From Dehalococcoidales bacterium (GTDB taxonomy: Bacteria; Chloroflexota; Dehalococcoidia; Dehalococcoidales; CSSed11-197), in assembly GCA_028716145.1 (NCBI GenBank), contig JAQUQL010000002.1:1-50662 (forward strand): a stretch of DNA of 50,662 bases, written 5' to 3'. Shown one piece after another: positions 17,332 through 25,800 of this stretch. Positions within the stretch are counted from its first letter, which is position 1, and every line of letters starts with the position of its first letter. The notes under the pieces are model-generated. The model had not been told where the DNA came from. It ran no database searches and saw only the letters and a list, made by a program, of their open reading frames with translations. Both the position numbers and the translations under genes were made by a program.

Positions 17332-18690
17332 TTAGACCTTTGGTAGTTGGTGAAGAGCTTCCTTCACCTTATCATCAGGGTATGAATAATCAACCAATTT
17401 CCCGGAAAGATAAGCATCATAAGATGCCATATCAACATGCCCATGGCCAGAATGACCGATCAAAATGGTTTTTGCTTCTCCGGATTCGCGGCATTTTATT
17501 GCTTCATCAATGCCGGCGCGTATGGCATGATTGGTTTCAGGAGCGCTGATATAGCCCTCGGTGCGGGCAAACTGAATTCCGGCTTCAAAGGTGGCTATCT
17601 GGGGAACCGACCGGGCTTCGATGAGACCGAGTTTGAGCAGATGGGTGACCAAAGGAGACATTCCGTGATAACGCAATCCTCCAGCATGAACCGGCGGCGG
17701 CATGAAATGGGAGCCCAGGGTGAACATCTTAAGCAAGGGAGTAAGACCAGCCACATCGCCATAATCATAGGCATATAAACCTTTTGTGAGAGAGGGGCAG
17801 CTTTCCGGCTCGACCGCTATTATTTGCGTGTCCGGATGGCTGCCATTGAGCTTGTCTTTAACAAACGGTACTGCCAGTCCTCCAAAATTGGTCCCACCGC
17901 CAACACAGCCAACAACGATATCCGGATAGCAGTCTGCCATTTCAAATTGTTTTTTGGCTTCTTGTCCGATCACTGTCTGATGTAAAATAACGTGGTTTAA
18001 GACGCTGCCCAGTGAATAATGAGTGTCATCGCGGCTTACGGCGTCCTCGACGGCTTCACTGATTGCCAGGCCGAGAGATCCGGGTGAATTGGGATCAGCA
18101 GCCAGGGCATCTCTTCCGGACTTGGTGTCCGGGCTTGGGGATGGTACGCAGGTAGCTCCCCAGGTTTCCATCATGACACGGCGGTAGGGTTTCTGGTGAA
18201 AACTTACCGCAACCATGTAAACCTTAAGTTCGATGTTAAAAAACATGCAAGCCATGGATAGAGCGCTTCCCCATTGTCCGGCGCCGGTTTCTGTAGTCAG
18301 GCGCTTGATGCCCTCTTTATGGTTGTAGTATGCCTGTGCAATTGCGCTGTTTGGTTTGTGAGAACCAGCCGGGCTGACATCCTCAAACTTATAAAATATT
18401 TTGGCGGGCGTATCAAGTGCTTTTTCAAGCCGGTGGGCCCTGAAAAGAGGGGTGGGCCGCCATACGCGGTATATTTCTTGCAACTCCTCAGGAATCTCGA
18501 TAAAACGCTGAGGGGCAAATTCCTGCATTATCAGTTCACGTGCAAAGAGAGGTTCCAGGTCCTGCGGGGTTACCGGTTTCCCTGTTGCAGGGTGAAGTAC
18601 ATCTGGCAGGGGCTCGGGAAGATCGGGCAATATATTATACCAACTGGTAGGCATATCCTTTTCGTCTAAGATAAATTTTCTTTTTTCCAT
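17332..18690 (-). CDS. trpB: TrpB2-type tryptophan synthase beta-like PLP enzyme (stand-alone)
   Basis: N-terminus [17 protein letters not shown] plus [22 protein letters not shown] and [11 protein letters not shown]. The ATG at 18690 has an AGGAGA SD. The ORF-track start at 18771 adds 27 non-conserved aa and has no SD. Confidence 0.88.
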   Translation of the reverse strand: MEKRKFILDEKDMPTSWYNILPDLPEPLPDVLHPATGKPVTPQDLEPLFARELIMQEFAPQRFIEIPEELQEIYRVWRPTPLFRAHRLEKALDTPAKIFYKFEDVSPAGSHKPNSAIAQAYYNHKEGIKRLTTETGAGQWGSALSMACMFFNIELKVYMVAVSFHQKPYRRVMMETWGATCVPSPSPDTKSGRDALAADPNSPGSLGLAISEAVEDAVSRDDTHYSLGSVLNHVILHQTVIGQEAKKQFEMADCYPDIVVGCVGGGTNFGGLAVPFVKDKLNGSHPDTQIIAVEPESCPSLTKGLYAYDYGDVAGLTPLLKMFTLGSHFMPPPVHAGGLRYHGMSPLVTHLLKLGLIEARSVPQIATFEAGIQFARTEGYISAPETNHAIRAGIDEAIKCRESGEAKTILIGHSGHGHVDMASYDAYLSGKLVDYSYPDDKVKEALHQLPKV

Positions 18691-18811
18691 CGTTTTCTCC
18701 TGGTTGAATAAATTAATTATAATACTGACAGCTAGCGTAGATAAATAATTACTTTGGCCCCCATGGGCCATAAGCGATTACGTTTGGCAAGCATTCTTCC
18801 GCCTCCTGTTT

Positions 18812-19113
18812 AAAATAGAAAAAGCCTCTTGCCCTTGAAGGGGCAGGAGGCTTACCCGCGGTGCCACCCTTCTTGACTGTAAAGCGCATAAACTTCACGG
18901 CCATCTCTTTAAGGTACAGGGGTCAACCCGATACCCTGAGGTTTGATTACGCTCCTCTCTGCGTCCGAACCTACTCACCCTCGCAGGCTTTTGGAAGGCA
19001 GCTCCCAGGACCATTCAAACCGAGCGCTGGAACCGGCTCCCACCTTCCCCGGTTCTCTGTGTCCCCGCTTGCGGATTTACTATTCCTGTTCACAGCTTTT
19101 GATATTCAATTAT
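18812..19113 (-). promoter_or_regulatory. T-box riboswitch leader, probable Trp (UGG) specifier, controlling trpB2
   Basis: Elements read on the minus strand:
- GA/K-turn at the Stem I base (UGUGAA...GGAG).
- AGUA and GAA S-turn halves.
- AGAGA bulge.
- Distal-loop GGUGGGA.
- GAA-UGG on the 3' side of the specifier loop.
- T-box motif AGGGUGGCACCGCG (plus-strand 18857-18870).
- Terminator GCCUCCUGCCC/GGGCAAGAGGC followed by a U-run (18812-18851). Confidence 0.75.
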
Positions 19114-19120
19114 AGTGGAC

Positions 19121-19149
19121 AATATAGCCTATAGAGTAACTGCTGTCAA
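19121..19149 (-). promoter_or_regulatory. Promoter of the T-box/trpB2 transcript
   Basis: The minus strand reads TTGACA-gcagttactctataggc(17)-TATATT. Confidence 0.55.
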
Positions 19150-19270
19150 GATAAAATGCAGGCCGGCTCGGAACATTCTGAAGACAAGTGTTTGATTAAA
19201 TAACCATCCGGAATGTAGAATAATCCGATTGATTGTATCCATGTTAAAAACATGTGAGGAGACTTTGTAG

Positions 19271-20263
19271 ATGGTATGGTTCAAGCTCGCTGTTTGTTGT
19301 GCGATTATTTTAATCGCTGGGACCAGGCTTGCTCGATACGGAGATGCGATTTCTGAAAGAACTGGATTAGGAGGGATGTGGATTGGTCTGGTGTTGATTG
19401 CGCTGGTCACTTCAATGCCGGAAATGGTAACCGGTATAAGCTCAGCAGTAATCGTTGGCCAGCCTGATATGGCGCTGGGCAATTTCTGGGGAAGCTGCAT
19501 TTTTAATCTTACTATACTGGCTGTTTTGGATATTATGAGCCGCCAGGGGCCAGTTTTATCCCTGGCAAATAAACGCAACATATTGCCAGCTATCATGGGA
19601 ATCATATTAATCTCATTTGCCGGCCTGTCCATCATCATTGGGGATGCTGTAACCGGGATATCGATAGGGTGGCTGGCAGTCACCAGCATTATTATTTTCG
19701 GGGGATATCTGTTCGGTATCAGGCAGATGTTTGTATTTGATAAAAAACACCCTGAAGTTAAAACAGAAGAGCCGGCTCAATATGAACATTTAAGCAGTTT
19801 ACGGATCTATGGTGTTTTTCTATTATCGGCACTGGTCATCGTCGGTGGTGGTATATGGCTTTCTCTGATTGGAGATGAAATATCGGTGACCTATAATCTC
19901 AGCGCAAGTTTTGTAGGCAGTTTATTTTTGGCCATCGGTACCTCGCTTCCAGAACTTGTGGTTGCTTTAACCGCATTGAGAATGGGGTGTATCGATCTGG
20001 CAGTGGGGGATATTCTGGGCGCGAATATGTTAAATACCGCCAACATTTTTATAACCGATGTTTTTTATACCCGTGGTCCTCTACTGGCTGAAGTATCCCT
20101 GCGCAATCTCTTCACAGGCGGTACCGTGATTTTGATGACCCTGCTGATCATTGCCGGGTTAAAGTTTAAAATAAAACGCAAGACCTTTGGCTTTGTAAGC
20201 TGGAATACACTGCTGGTCATATTGCTTTATTTGTCAGTCTCACTTGTTTTGTTTTATTATTAG
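19271..20263 (+). CDS. Ca2+/cation antiporter (CaCA family, YrbG-like Na+/Ca2+ exchanger membrane protein)
   Basis: 330 aa, 10 TM. Two alpha-repeats: LVTSMPEMVTGISS and GTSLPELVVALTA, plus GNFWGSCIFNL / GDILGANMLN. Confidence 0.85.
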   Translation: MVWFKLAVCCAIILIAGTRLARYGDAISERTGLGGMWIGLVLIALVTSMPEMVTGISSAVIVGQPDMALGNFWGSCIFNLTILAVLDIMSRQGPVLSLANKRNILPAIMGIILISFAGLSIIIGDAVTGISIGWLAVTSIIIFGGYLFGIRQMFVFDKKHPEVKTEEPAQYEHLSSLRIYGVFLLSALVIVGGGIWLSLIGDEISVTYNLSASFVGSLFLAIGTSLPELVVALTALRMGCIDLAVGDILGANMLNTANIFITDVFYTRGPLLAEVSLRNLFTGGTVILMTLLIIAGLKFKIKRKTFGFVSWNTLLVILLYLSVSLVLFYY

Positions 20264-20349
20264 CAACCGTTTTCGGTTAAGAAAGCTCCTGATCAAACAT
20301 CAAGCTGACCAAATTCACAGTCGAATCTTCCTAACTAGAAAAGCCAGTA

Positions 20350-20379
20350 TTGCTTAAACTTTAAGCTATAGGGTAAAAT
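20350..20379 (+). promoter_or_regulatory. Possible promoter for tRNA-Arg (and the downstream por operon)
   Basis: TTGCTT, 18-nt spacer, TAAAAT (20374-20379), about 10 nt before the mature tRNA 5' end. Confidence 0.35.
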
Positions 20380-20389
20380 TAGCGGATAC

Positions 20390-20461
20390 GCCCCTGTAGC
20401 TCAGAGGATAGAGCACCGGCCTCCGGAGCCGGTTGCGAGAGTTCGAGTCTCTCCAGGGGCG
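20390..20461 (+). tRNA. tRNA-Arg (anticodon CCG)
   Basis: Acceptor GCCCCTG/CAGGGGC, D arm GCTC/GAGC, anticodon stem CCGGC/GCCGG with loop CTCCGGA, T arm GAGAG-TTCGAGT-CTCTC. CCA is not encoded. Confidence 0.88.
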
Positions 20462-20496
20462 GTGCTTATTAAAAAACAAATTGTGGGAGGCTCACT

Positions 20497-21066
20497 ATAG
20501 TTACCAAACATGATATTATCGGAATCAGGTGGCATGGCCGAGGAGGCCAGGGGGCGGTAACTTCAGCCGAGCTGGTAGCCAGAGCGGCTATTGAAACTGG
20601 TGGATATGCACAGGCATTTCCGGCATTCGGGCCGGAAAGGCGCGGTGCACCGGTTCTTGCTTTTGACCGTATCAGTTCTGGTCCTATACACAGCCGCGCG
20701 GAAGTTAGTGACCCTAATATAGTGGTAGTTCTTGATGCCCGTTTGATGGAGGCTGTAAATGTAACCTCCGGGTTGAAAGACGGCGGGCTCTTGATCGTCA
20801 ACACTCGGCTAGAGCCAGGCGAAATCAGCATTCGTTACGAAAATCGCTTCCGGGTAGCTACAGTTGATGCTAACACAATAGCGCGGGAAGAGCTTGGTGT
20901 CCCCATTGTCAATACCACAATGATGGGAGCTTTGATAAAAGCCAGCGGTTTACTCAAACCGGAAGATCTGGTTGAACCACTTAAAGACCGGTTTGGCCGC
21001 CTGGCAGAAAAGAATATTAATGCCATGAAACGCGCTTATGAAGAAACCAGGATAAAGGAGCAGTAA
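20497..21066 (+). CDS. porC: Pyruvate/2-oxoacid:ferredoxin oxidoreductase gamma subunit, apparently with a non-canonical start codon
   Basis: The in-frame translation from 20473 gives ...IVTKHDIIGIRWHGRGGQGAVTSAELVARAAIETGGYAQAFPAFGPERRGAPV..., the conserved PorG N-terminus. No ATG/GTG/TTG is in frame before the GTG at 20722. A GGGAGG SD (20485-20490) lies 6 nt before the ATA at 20497. Confidence 0.7.
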   Translation: MVTKHDIIGIRWHGRGGQGAVTSAELVARAAIETGGYAQAFPAFGPERRGAPVLAFDRISSGPIHSRAEVSDPNIVVVLDARLMEAVNVTSGLKDGGLLIVNTRLEPGEISIRYENRFRVATVDANTIAREELGVPIVNTTMMGALIKASGLLKPEDLVEPLKDRFGRLAEKNINAMKRAYEETRIKEQ

Positions 21067-21067
21067 A

Positions 21068-21361
21068 TTGGTTAAACCAGAAAACGAATTTACCTGGCGC
21101 GACATAGAAATAGGGGCTATTGTAACCACGCCTGGTAATGCCATCCAGTATCGTACAGGAGACTGGCGGAGCCAGAAGCCTGAGTACATATTTGATCGCT
21201 GTATCAAGTGTGGAGTATGCGCCATATACTGCCCGGAAGGGTGTATAAACCAGAATGAAGAAGGGCATTTTGTTGCTGATATGTATTATTGCAAAGGTTG
21301 TGGCATCTGCGCTACCGAGTGCCCCGTATATGTGATAAGCATGGTAGAGGAGGTGGAATAA
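21068..21361 (+). CDS. porD: Pyruvate:ferredoxin oxidoreductase delta subunit (2x[4Fe-4S] ferredoxin)
   Basis: 97 aa, TTG start with an AAGGAG SD. CIKCGVCAIYCP and CKGCGICATECP. Confidence 0.88.
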   Translation: MVKPENEFTWRDIEIGAIVTTPGNAIQYRTGDWRSQKPEYIFDRCIKCGVCAIYCPEGCINQNEEGHFVADMYYCKGCGICATECPVYVISMVEEVE

Positions 21362-22536
21362 TGGCCAAAAGAGTTGGTATTGAAACCTCCCTGGCTATCA
21401 GTGAAGTGGTTGCTGCCTGTGATGTTGATGTTGTAGCCGCTTATCCGATTACCCCTCAAACCCATATCGTGGAGCATCTGGCAGATCTGGTCGCAAACGG
21501 CAAACTTGATGCTGAGTATATACCGGTTGAGTCGGAGCATTCGGCGATGAGTGCATGCCTTGGCAGTGTTGCTGCCGGCGCCAGAACTTTTACCGCTTCA
21601 GCCGGTCAGGGTCTTGAGCTTATGCACGAAGTTCTTTTTGTGGCTTCTGCAATGAGGCTGCCGGTTATTATGGCGGTTACCAATCGGGCTGTTTCTTCTC
21701 CGTTGAGTGTTTGGGGAGACCATTCCGATGTAATGGCAACCAGGGACGTAGGATGGATACAGTTGTTTGTAGAAAACGGCCAGGAAGCTGTTGATAATAC
21801 GATTTGTGCTTTTAAAATGGGTGAAGCTAAAAATGTACTACTTCCGGTAATGGTAAATCTGGACGGATTCCATCTTTCTCATATGATCGAGCCGATTACT
21901 ATACCGGAACGGGAAGAAATAAGCCGCTTCCTGCCTCCCTTTGATTACCCTCTGCCACTTCATCCTGATAAGCCGGTAGCAATGGGAGATTTTGCTCCAC
22001 CGGTAATTTTCAGTGAGGCAAAATGGGCACAGGAAATAAACATTCGCGATTCTTATGAGACAATTATACAAACCTGGCAGGAATTCGGCCAGCAGTTTGG
22101 ACGTTACTATCAACCTGTAGAAAAGTACTGCACTGAAGGGGCTGAGACTCTGCTCCTTACCATGGGCAGTTTCAGTGAAACCGCGATGACAGCCATAGAC
22201 AATCTGCGTGAGCAAGGCCAAAAAGTTGGTTTGGTTCGTATACGTTTGTGGCGTCCGTTTCCGTTCGAAGAACTCAGAAAAGCCGTTGGCTCAGCAAAAA
22301 CGCTGATCGTTTTCGACCGGGCTATCTCAGTTGGCGGCCCTGGAGGACCGGTTGTCAGTGAAGTTAAAGCTGCTCTTTACAACGAGCCACAAAAACCAAA
22401 TGTGGTCAGTTTTGTCGGCGGGCTTGGCGGCAGAGACGTAACCCGTGAAGGCTTTGAGGAGATAATAACCCGCGGGCAGGAAATAGCCGAACAAGGCAGC
22501 CCGAACGAGTTTGAAATTTACGGTGTGAGGGAATAA
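21361..22536 (+). CDS. porA: Pyruvate:ferredoxin oxidoreductase alpha subunit
   Basis: The ATG at 21361 (GAGGAGG SD) overlaps the porD stop by 1 nt. AAYPITPQTHIVE, ESEHSAMSAC. The ORF-track start at 21289 is inside porD. Confidence 0.9.
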   Translation: MAKRVGIETSLAISEVVAACDVDVVAAYPITPQTHIVEHLADLVANGKLDAEYIPVESEHSAMSACLGSVAAGARTFTASAGQGLELMHEVLFVASAMRLPVIMAVTNRAVSSPLSVWGDHSDVMATRDVGWIQLFVENGQEAVDNTICAFKMGEAKNVLLPVMVNLDGFHLSHMIEPITIPEREEISRFLPPFDYPLPLHPDKPVAMGDFAPPVIFSEAKWAQEINIRDSYETIIQTWQEFGQQFGRYYQPVEKYCTEGAETLLLTMGSFSETAMTAIDNLREQGQKVGLVRIRLWRPFPFEELRKAVGSAKTLIVFDRAISVGGPGGPVVSEVKAALYNEPQKPNVVSFVGGLGGRDVTREGFEEIITRGQEIAEQGSPNEFEIYGVRE

Positions 22537-23466
22537 ATGATAGGTCAGAGCGTATATGTTCCACGCCTGCTTTCGGAAATTGAGAGCCTGGCTCCAGGAC
22601 ATAGAGCCTGCATCGGTTGTGGCGAAGTGCTGGCAATCAGGCAGGCATTTAAGGCAATTGGTCGGGATGCGGTTGTGGTTAATGCTACCGGCTGCATGGA
22701 AATCATAGCCAGCCAGCTGCCATATACTTCATGGCGATTGCCGTGGATACATACTCTTTTTGAGAACACTGCTGCTGTTGCATCCGGAGTTGAAGCCGGG
22801 CTTAAAGCAATGAAAAGAAAAGGGCGTTACGATCATCCTGATACCAAAGTTGTAGCCATCGCCGGGGATGGAGGAACGGTAGACATAGGATTACAGGCGC
22901 TGTCCGGTGCCCTTGAACGCGGGCACAACCTCCTCTATATTTGTTTCGACAATGAAGGTTACATGAACACCGGTGTCCAGCGTTCATCTGCAACTCCGTA
23001 TGGAGCTACTACCACCACTTCACCCGCCGGAAAGCAGAGCATTGGCCAGCTCAGCTGGAAGAAGGACTTGCCGGCAATAGCAGTTGATCACCGTATACCA
23101 TATGTTGCTACTGCATGCCCCAGCTTTCCTATTGACCTGGTTGAAAAAGTTAAAAAGGGAGTAGCTACAAAAGGGCCGGCATATATACATGTGTTTTCAG
23201 GATGTCCAACCGGTTGGGGGTGCGCTACCAACTTGACCATTAAACTGGGGCGTCTTGCGGTGGAGACTGGTGTTTTTCCTCTATATGAAGTAGAAAATGG
23301 TAAATATAAAATGAGTTACAAACCGGAAACACTCAGGCCTATTACTGATTACATGAAACCACAGCGGCGTTTCCGTCATTTGACTGAAGATGTCATTAAA
23401 ATGATTGAAAAGCGTGTCGCCGAAGAATATTACAAACTCTTGGAGAAAGCCGAATGTCAAAAATAA
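22537..23466 (+). CDS. porB: Pyruvate:ferredoxin oxidoreductase beta subunit (TPP-binding)
   Basis: 309 aa. CIGCGEVLAIR, GDGGTVDIGLQALS, NEGYMNTGVQ. Confidence 0.9.
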   Translation: MIGQSVYVPRLLSEIESLAPGHRACIGCGEVLAIRQAFKAIGRDAVVVNATGCMEIIASQLPYTSWRLPWIHTLFENTAAVASGVEAGLKAMKRKGRYDHPDTKVVAIAGDGGTVDIGLQALSGALERGHNLLYICFDNEGYMNTGVQRSSATPYGATTTTSPAGKQSIGQLSWKKDLPAIAVDHRIPYVATACPSFPIDLVEKVKKGVATKGPAYIHVFSGCPTGWGCATNLTIKLGRLAVETGVFPLYEVENGKYKMSYKPETLRPITDYMKPQRRFRHLTEDVIKMIEKRVAEEYYKLLEKAECQK

Positions 23467-23921
23467 GCGTTAAGAATGATACCCTGGCTAAAATTCTTGA
23501 CCGGTATGATAAAGATAAAGGGCAACTTATTTCAATACTGCAGGATGTGCAGGCGGAATATAACTATCTGCCCAGAGAAGCCGTAGAATTCGTCAGCAGT
23601 CAACTTGATGTGCCGTTAAGTCAGGTATACAGTGTAGCCACATTTTTCAAGGCGTTCTCTTTAAAACCCAGAGGTCGTCATACTGTTCATGTGTGCATGG
23701 GCACTGCCTGTCACGTAAGAGGTGCCGCGCAGATACTTCAACAGATGCAAAATGAAATGAAAATAAGCTGCGGTGACACCACTGAAGACGGTAAGTTTAC
23801 CCTTGAAAGCGTAGCCTGTGTTGGCGCATGCGCCCTTGGCCCCCTGGTTGTGGTTGATGGCGAGTATGCCGGACAGATGACGGTTAACAAAGTAAAACCG
23901 CTACTGGAGAAATACGATTAG
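23454..23921 (+). CDS. NuoE/HydC-like [2Fe-2S] thioredoxin-fold subunit
   Basis: 155 aa with the C-x4-C...C-x3-C pattern (VCMGTACHVRG ... CVGACALGP). Overlaps the porB end by 13 nt. Confidence 0.85.
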   Translation: MSKISVKNDTLAKILDRYDKDKGQLISILQDVQAEYNYLPREAVEFVSSQLDVPLSQVYSVATFFKAFSLKPRGRHTVHVCMGTACHVRGAAQILQQMQNEMKISCGDTTEDGKFTLESVACVGACALGPLVVVDGEYAGQMTVNKVKPLLEKYD

Positions 23922-23923
23922 CC

Positions 23924-25789
23924 ATGAGTGATAAAATTTGTAAACTGACCTCTATAGAAGAACTCGAAAAAAAGCGCGCGCTTGTACTTGCTGAGCGTCC
24001 GGAAATATCGACTGTGACCGTCTGCTGCGGTACTGGCTGCCAGGCATTCGGTGGGCAAAAAGTTGCACAGGCTTTTCAGGAGGCAATTACCGCACATAAT
24101 CTGAAGGATCAGGTTGTGGTAAAAACTACCGGTTGTCATGGTTTCTGCGAAAGAGGACTGTTGGTGGTTATAAGGCCTCAAAACATATTTTACCAGCATG
24201 TCAGGCTAGAAGACGTTGAAGAGATTATCAGCGAAACAGTTGTAAACGGTAGGGTAATCGAAAGACTGCTTTACATAACACCTGACGGAAGCAGTAAGAT
24301 TACTTCCGAAGAAGACGTGCCATTTTATAAAAAGCAGATGAGGCTTGTGTTTGGAGCCAATGGATATATCGACCCGACCGAAATTGATGACTATATTGCT
24401 ATTGGTGGATACTCAGCTCTGGCTAAAGTGCTTTCTTCCATGAAGCCGGAACAGGTTATTGAGGAAGTAGGGGCCGCCGGCTTGCGAGGCAGGGGAGGGG
24501 GAGGTTTTCCGGCAGCTACCAAGTGGAAAAGCACCAGGGAAGCCCATGGCGAGACCAAATATGTGATCTGCAATTGTGATGAAGGTGATCCGGGTGCTTT
24601 CATGGACAGAAGCTTGATGGAAGGCAATCCTCATAACATTCTTGAAGGCATGATCATTGGAGCCTTTGCTGCAGGTTCAAGCAAAGGGTTCGTTTACATA
24701 CGGAATGAATATCCTCTAGCGGTTAAAAACACTGAGATAGCAATAAGACAGGCAGAAGAATACGGTTTGCTGGGTGAAAATATTCTTGGTTCAGGGTTCA
24801 GTTTCAGGATAGTCATTAACCGTGGAGGCGGTGCTTTTGTGTGCGGTGAATCAACTGCGCTAATGGCATCGATCGAAGGCAAGGTCGGGGAACCGAGAGC
24901 CAAATATGTACATACTTCTGAAAAAGGTTTGTTTGATTGCCCTACGGTTCTTAACAATGTAGAAACCTGGGCCAATGTACCCCTCATAATTAATCGGGGG
25001 TCTGAATGGTATGCTTCTATAGGAACTGAAAACAGTAAGGGGACCAAAATATTTTCCCTGGTAGGAAAAATAAACAACACCGGTCTGGTAGAAGTTCCTA
25101 TGGGTATTTCGCTCAGAGAAATCATATATGAAATCGGCGGGGGGATACCGGACGGCAAAAAGTTTAAAGCGGTGCTTACCGGCGGTCCTTCTGGCGGTTG
25201 TATACCCGAGAGCTTGCTGGACCTGCCAGTTGACTTTGACGAGCTGACAAGGGTTGGTTCCATGATGGGTTCCGGTGCAATGATCGTCATGGACGAAAAC
25301 AACTGCATGGTTGATATTGCTCGTTATTTCCTCAAGTTCCTGGAGGAGGAATCCTGCGGAAAATGTGTTCCCTGCCGGGAAGGCTTGAAGGGGATGAGAG
25401 AGATCCTGGATGATATCAGCGAAGGTAAGGGAGACGAATCCCAGTTGGATCTCCTTGAAGAGATGTCGGCAGTAATCCAGGATGGCTCTCTGTGCGGTCT
25501 GGGGCAAACTGCCCCCAATCCTGTTCTGACTACTCTCAAGTATTTCAGGGATGAGTATCTTGCCCACATCGTAGATAAAAAATGTCCGGCAGGTGTGTGC
25601 AAAGCCCTCATTAGCTATAACATCGTGGATGATAATTGTACAGCCTGCAGACTTTGCGTTAAGGCGTGCCCATCTGAGGCTATTGAGTTTATCGGAAAAA
25701 AAATACCGGTTGTTATTCACCAGGAAAAATGTACCAAGTGCGGCGCATGTATGGAAGCGTGCAAGTTTAAAGCGGTAGAAATAAGGTAG
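23924..25789 (+). CDS. NuoF/HydB-like NAD(H)- and FMN-binding flavoprotein with an N-terminal [2Fe-2S] domain and C-terminal 2x[4Fe-4S]
   Basis: 621 aa. GRGGGGFP, CNCDEGDPGAF, ESCGKCVPCREG, then CTACRLCVKACP and CTKCGACMEAC. Confidence 0.88.
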   Translation: MSDKICKLTSIEELEKKRALVLAERPEISTVTVCCGTGCQAFGGQKVAQAFQEAITAHNLKDQVVVKTTGCHGFCERGLLVVIRPQNIFYQHVRLEDVEEIISETVVNGRVIERLLYITPDGSSKITSEEDVPFYKKQMRLVFGANGYIDPTEIDDYIAIGGYSALAKVLSSMKPEQVIEEVGAAGLRGRGGGGFPAATKWKSTREAHGETKYVICNCDEGDPGAFMDRSLMEGNPHNILEGMIIGAFAAGSSKGFVYIRNEYPLAVKNTEIAIRQAEEYGLLGENILGSGFSFRIVINRGGGAFVCGESTALMASIEGKVGEPRAKYVHTSEKGLFDCPTVLNNVETWANVPLIINRGSEWYASIGTENSKGTKIFSLVGKINNTGLVEVPMGISLREIIYEIGGGIPDGKKFKAVLTGGPSGGCIPESLLDLPVDFDELTRVGSMMGSGAMIVMDENNCMVDIARYFLKFLEEESCGKCVPCREGLKGMREILDDISEGKGDESQLDLLEEMSAVIQDGSLCGLGQTAPNPVLTTLKYFRDEYLAHIVDKKCPAGVCKALISYNIVDDNCTACRLCVKACPSEAIEFIGKKIPVVIHQEKCTKCGACMEACKFKAVEIR

Positions 25790-25800
25790 CGGAGTAGTAA

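Noticed and set aside
18861-19134. Two plus-strand ORFs (84 and 63 aa) in the trpB2 upstream region.
   Set aside because: The region is fully explained by a minus-strand T-box leader. The ORFs have no SD and give Pro/Ser/Leu-rich nonsense translations.
19129-19689. A 186-aa minus-strand ORF overlapping the start of the CaCA exchanger and the T-box promoter.
   Set aside because: The plus-strand CaCA reading has both alpha-repeat signatures and a GAGGAG SD. The minus ORF would run through the promoter region and has no motif.
20469-20831. A 120-aa minus-strand ORF covering the region upstream of the ORF-track porC start.
   Set aside because: The plus strand in this interval encodes the conserved PorG N-terminus (IRWHGRGGQGAVT...FGPERRGAPV). 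The minus ORF is its antisense shadow.
24860-25720. A 286-aa minus-strand ORF, plus 24694-25308 (204 aa), antisense to the NuoF-like gene.
   Set aside because: It lies entirely inside a plus-strand gene with unambiguous FMN/NAD/Fe-S motifs. Its translation is low-complexity with no motif and no SD. This is a typical antisense shadow ORF.
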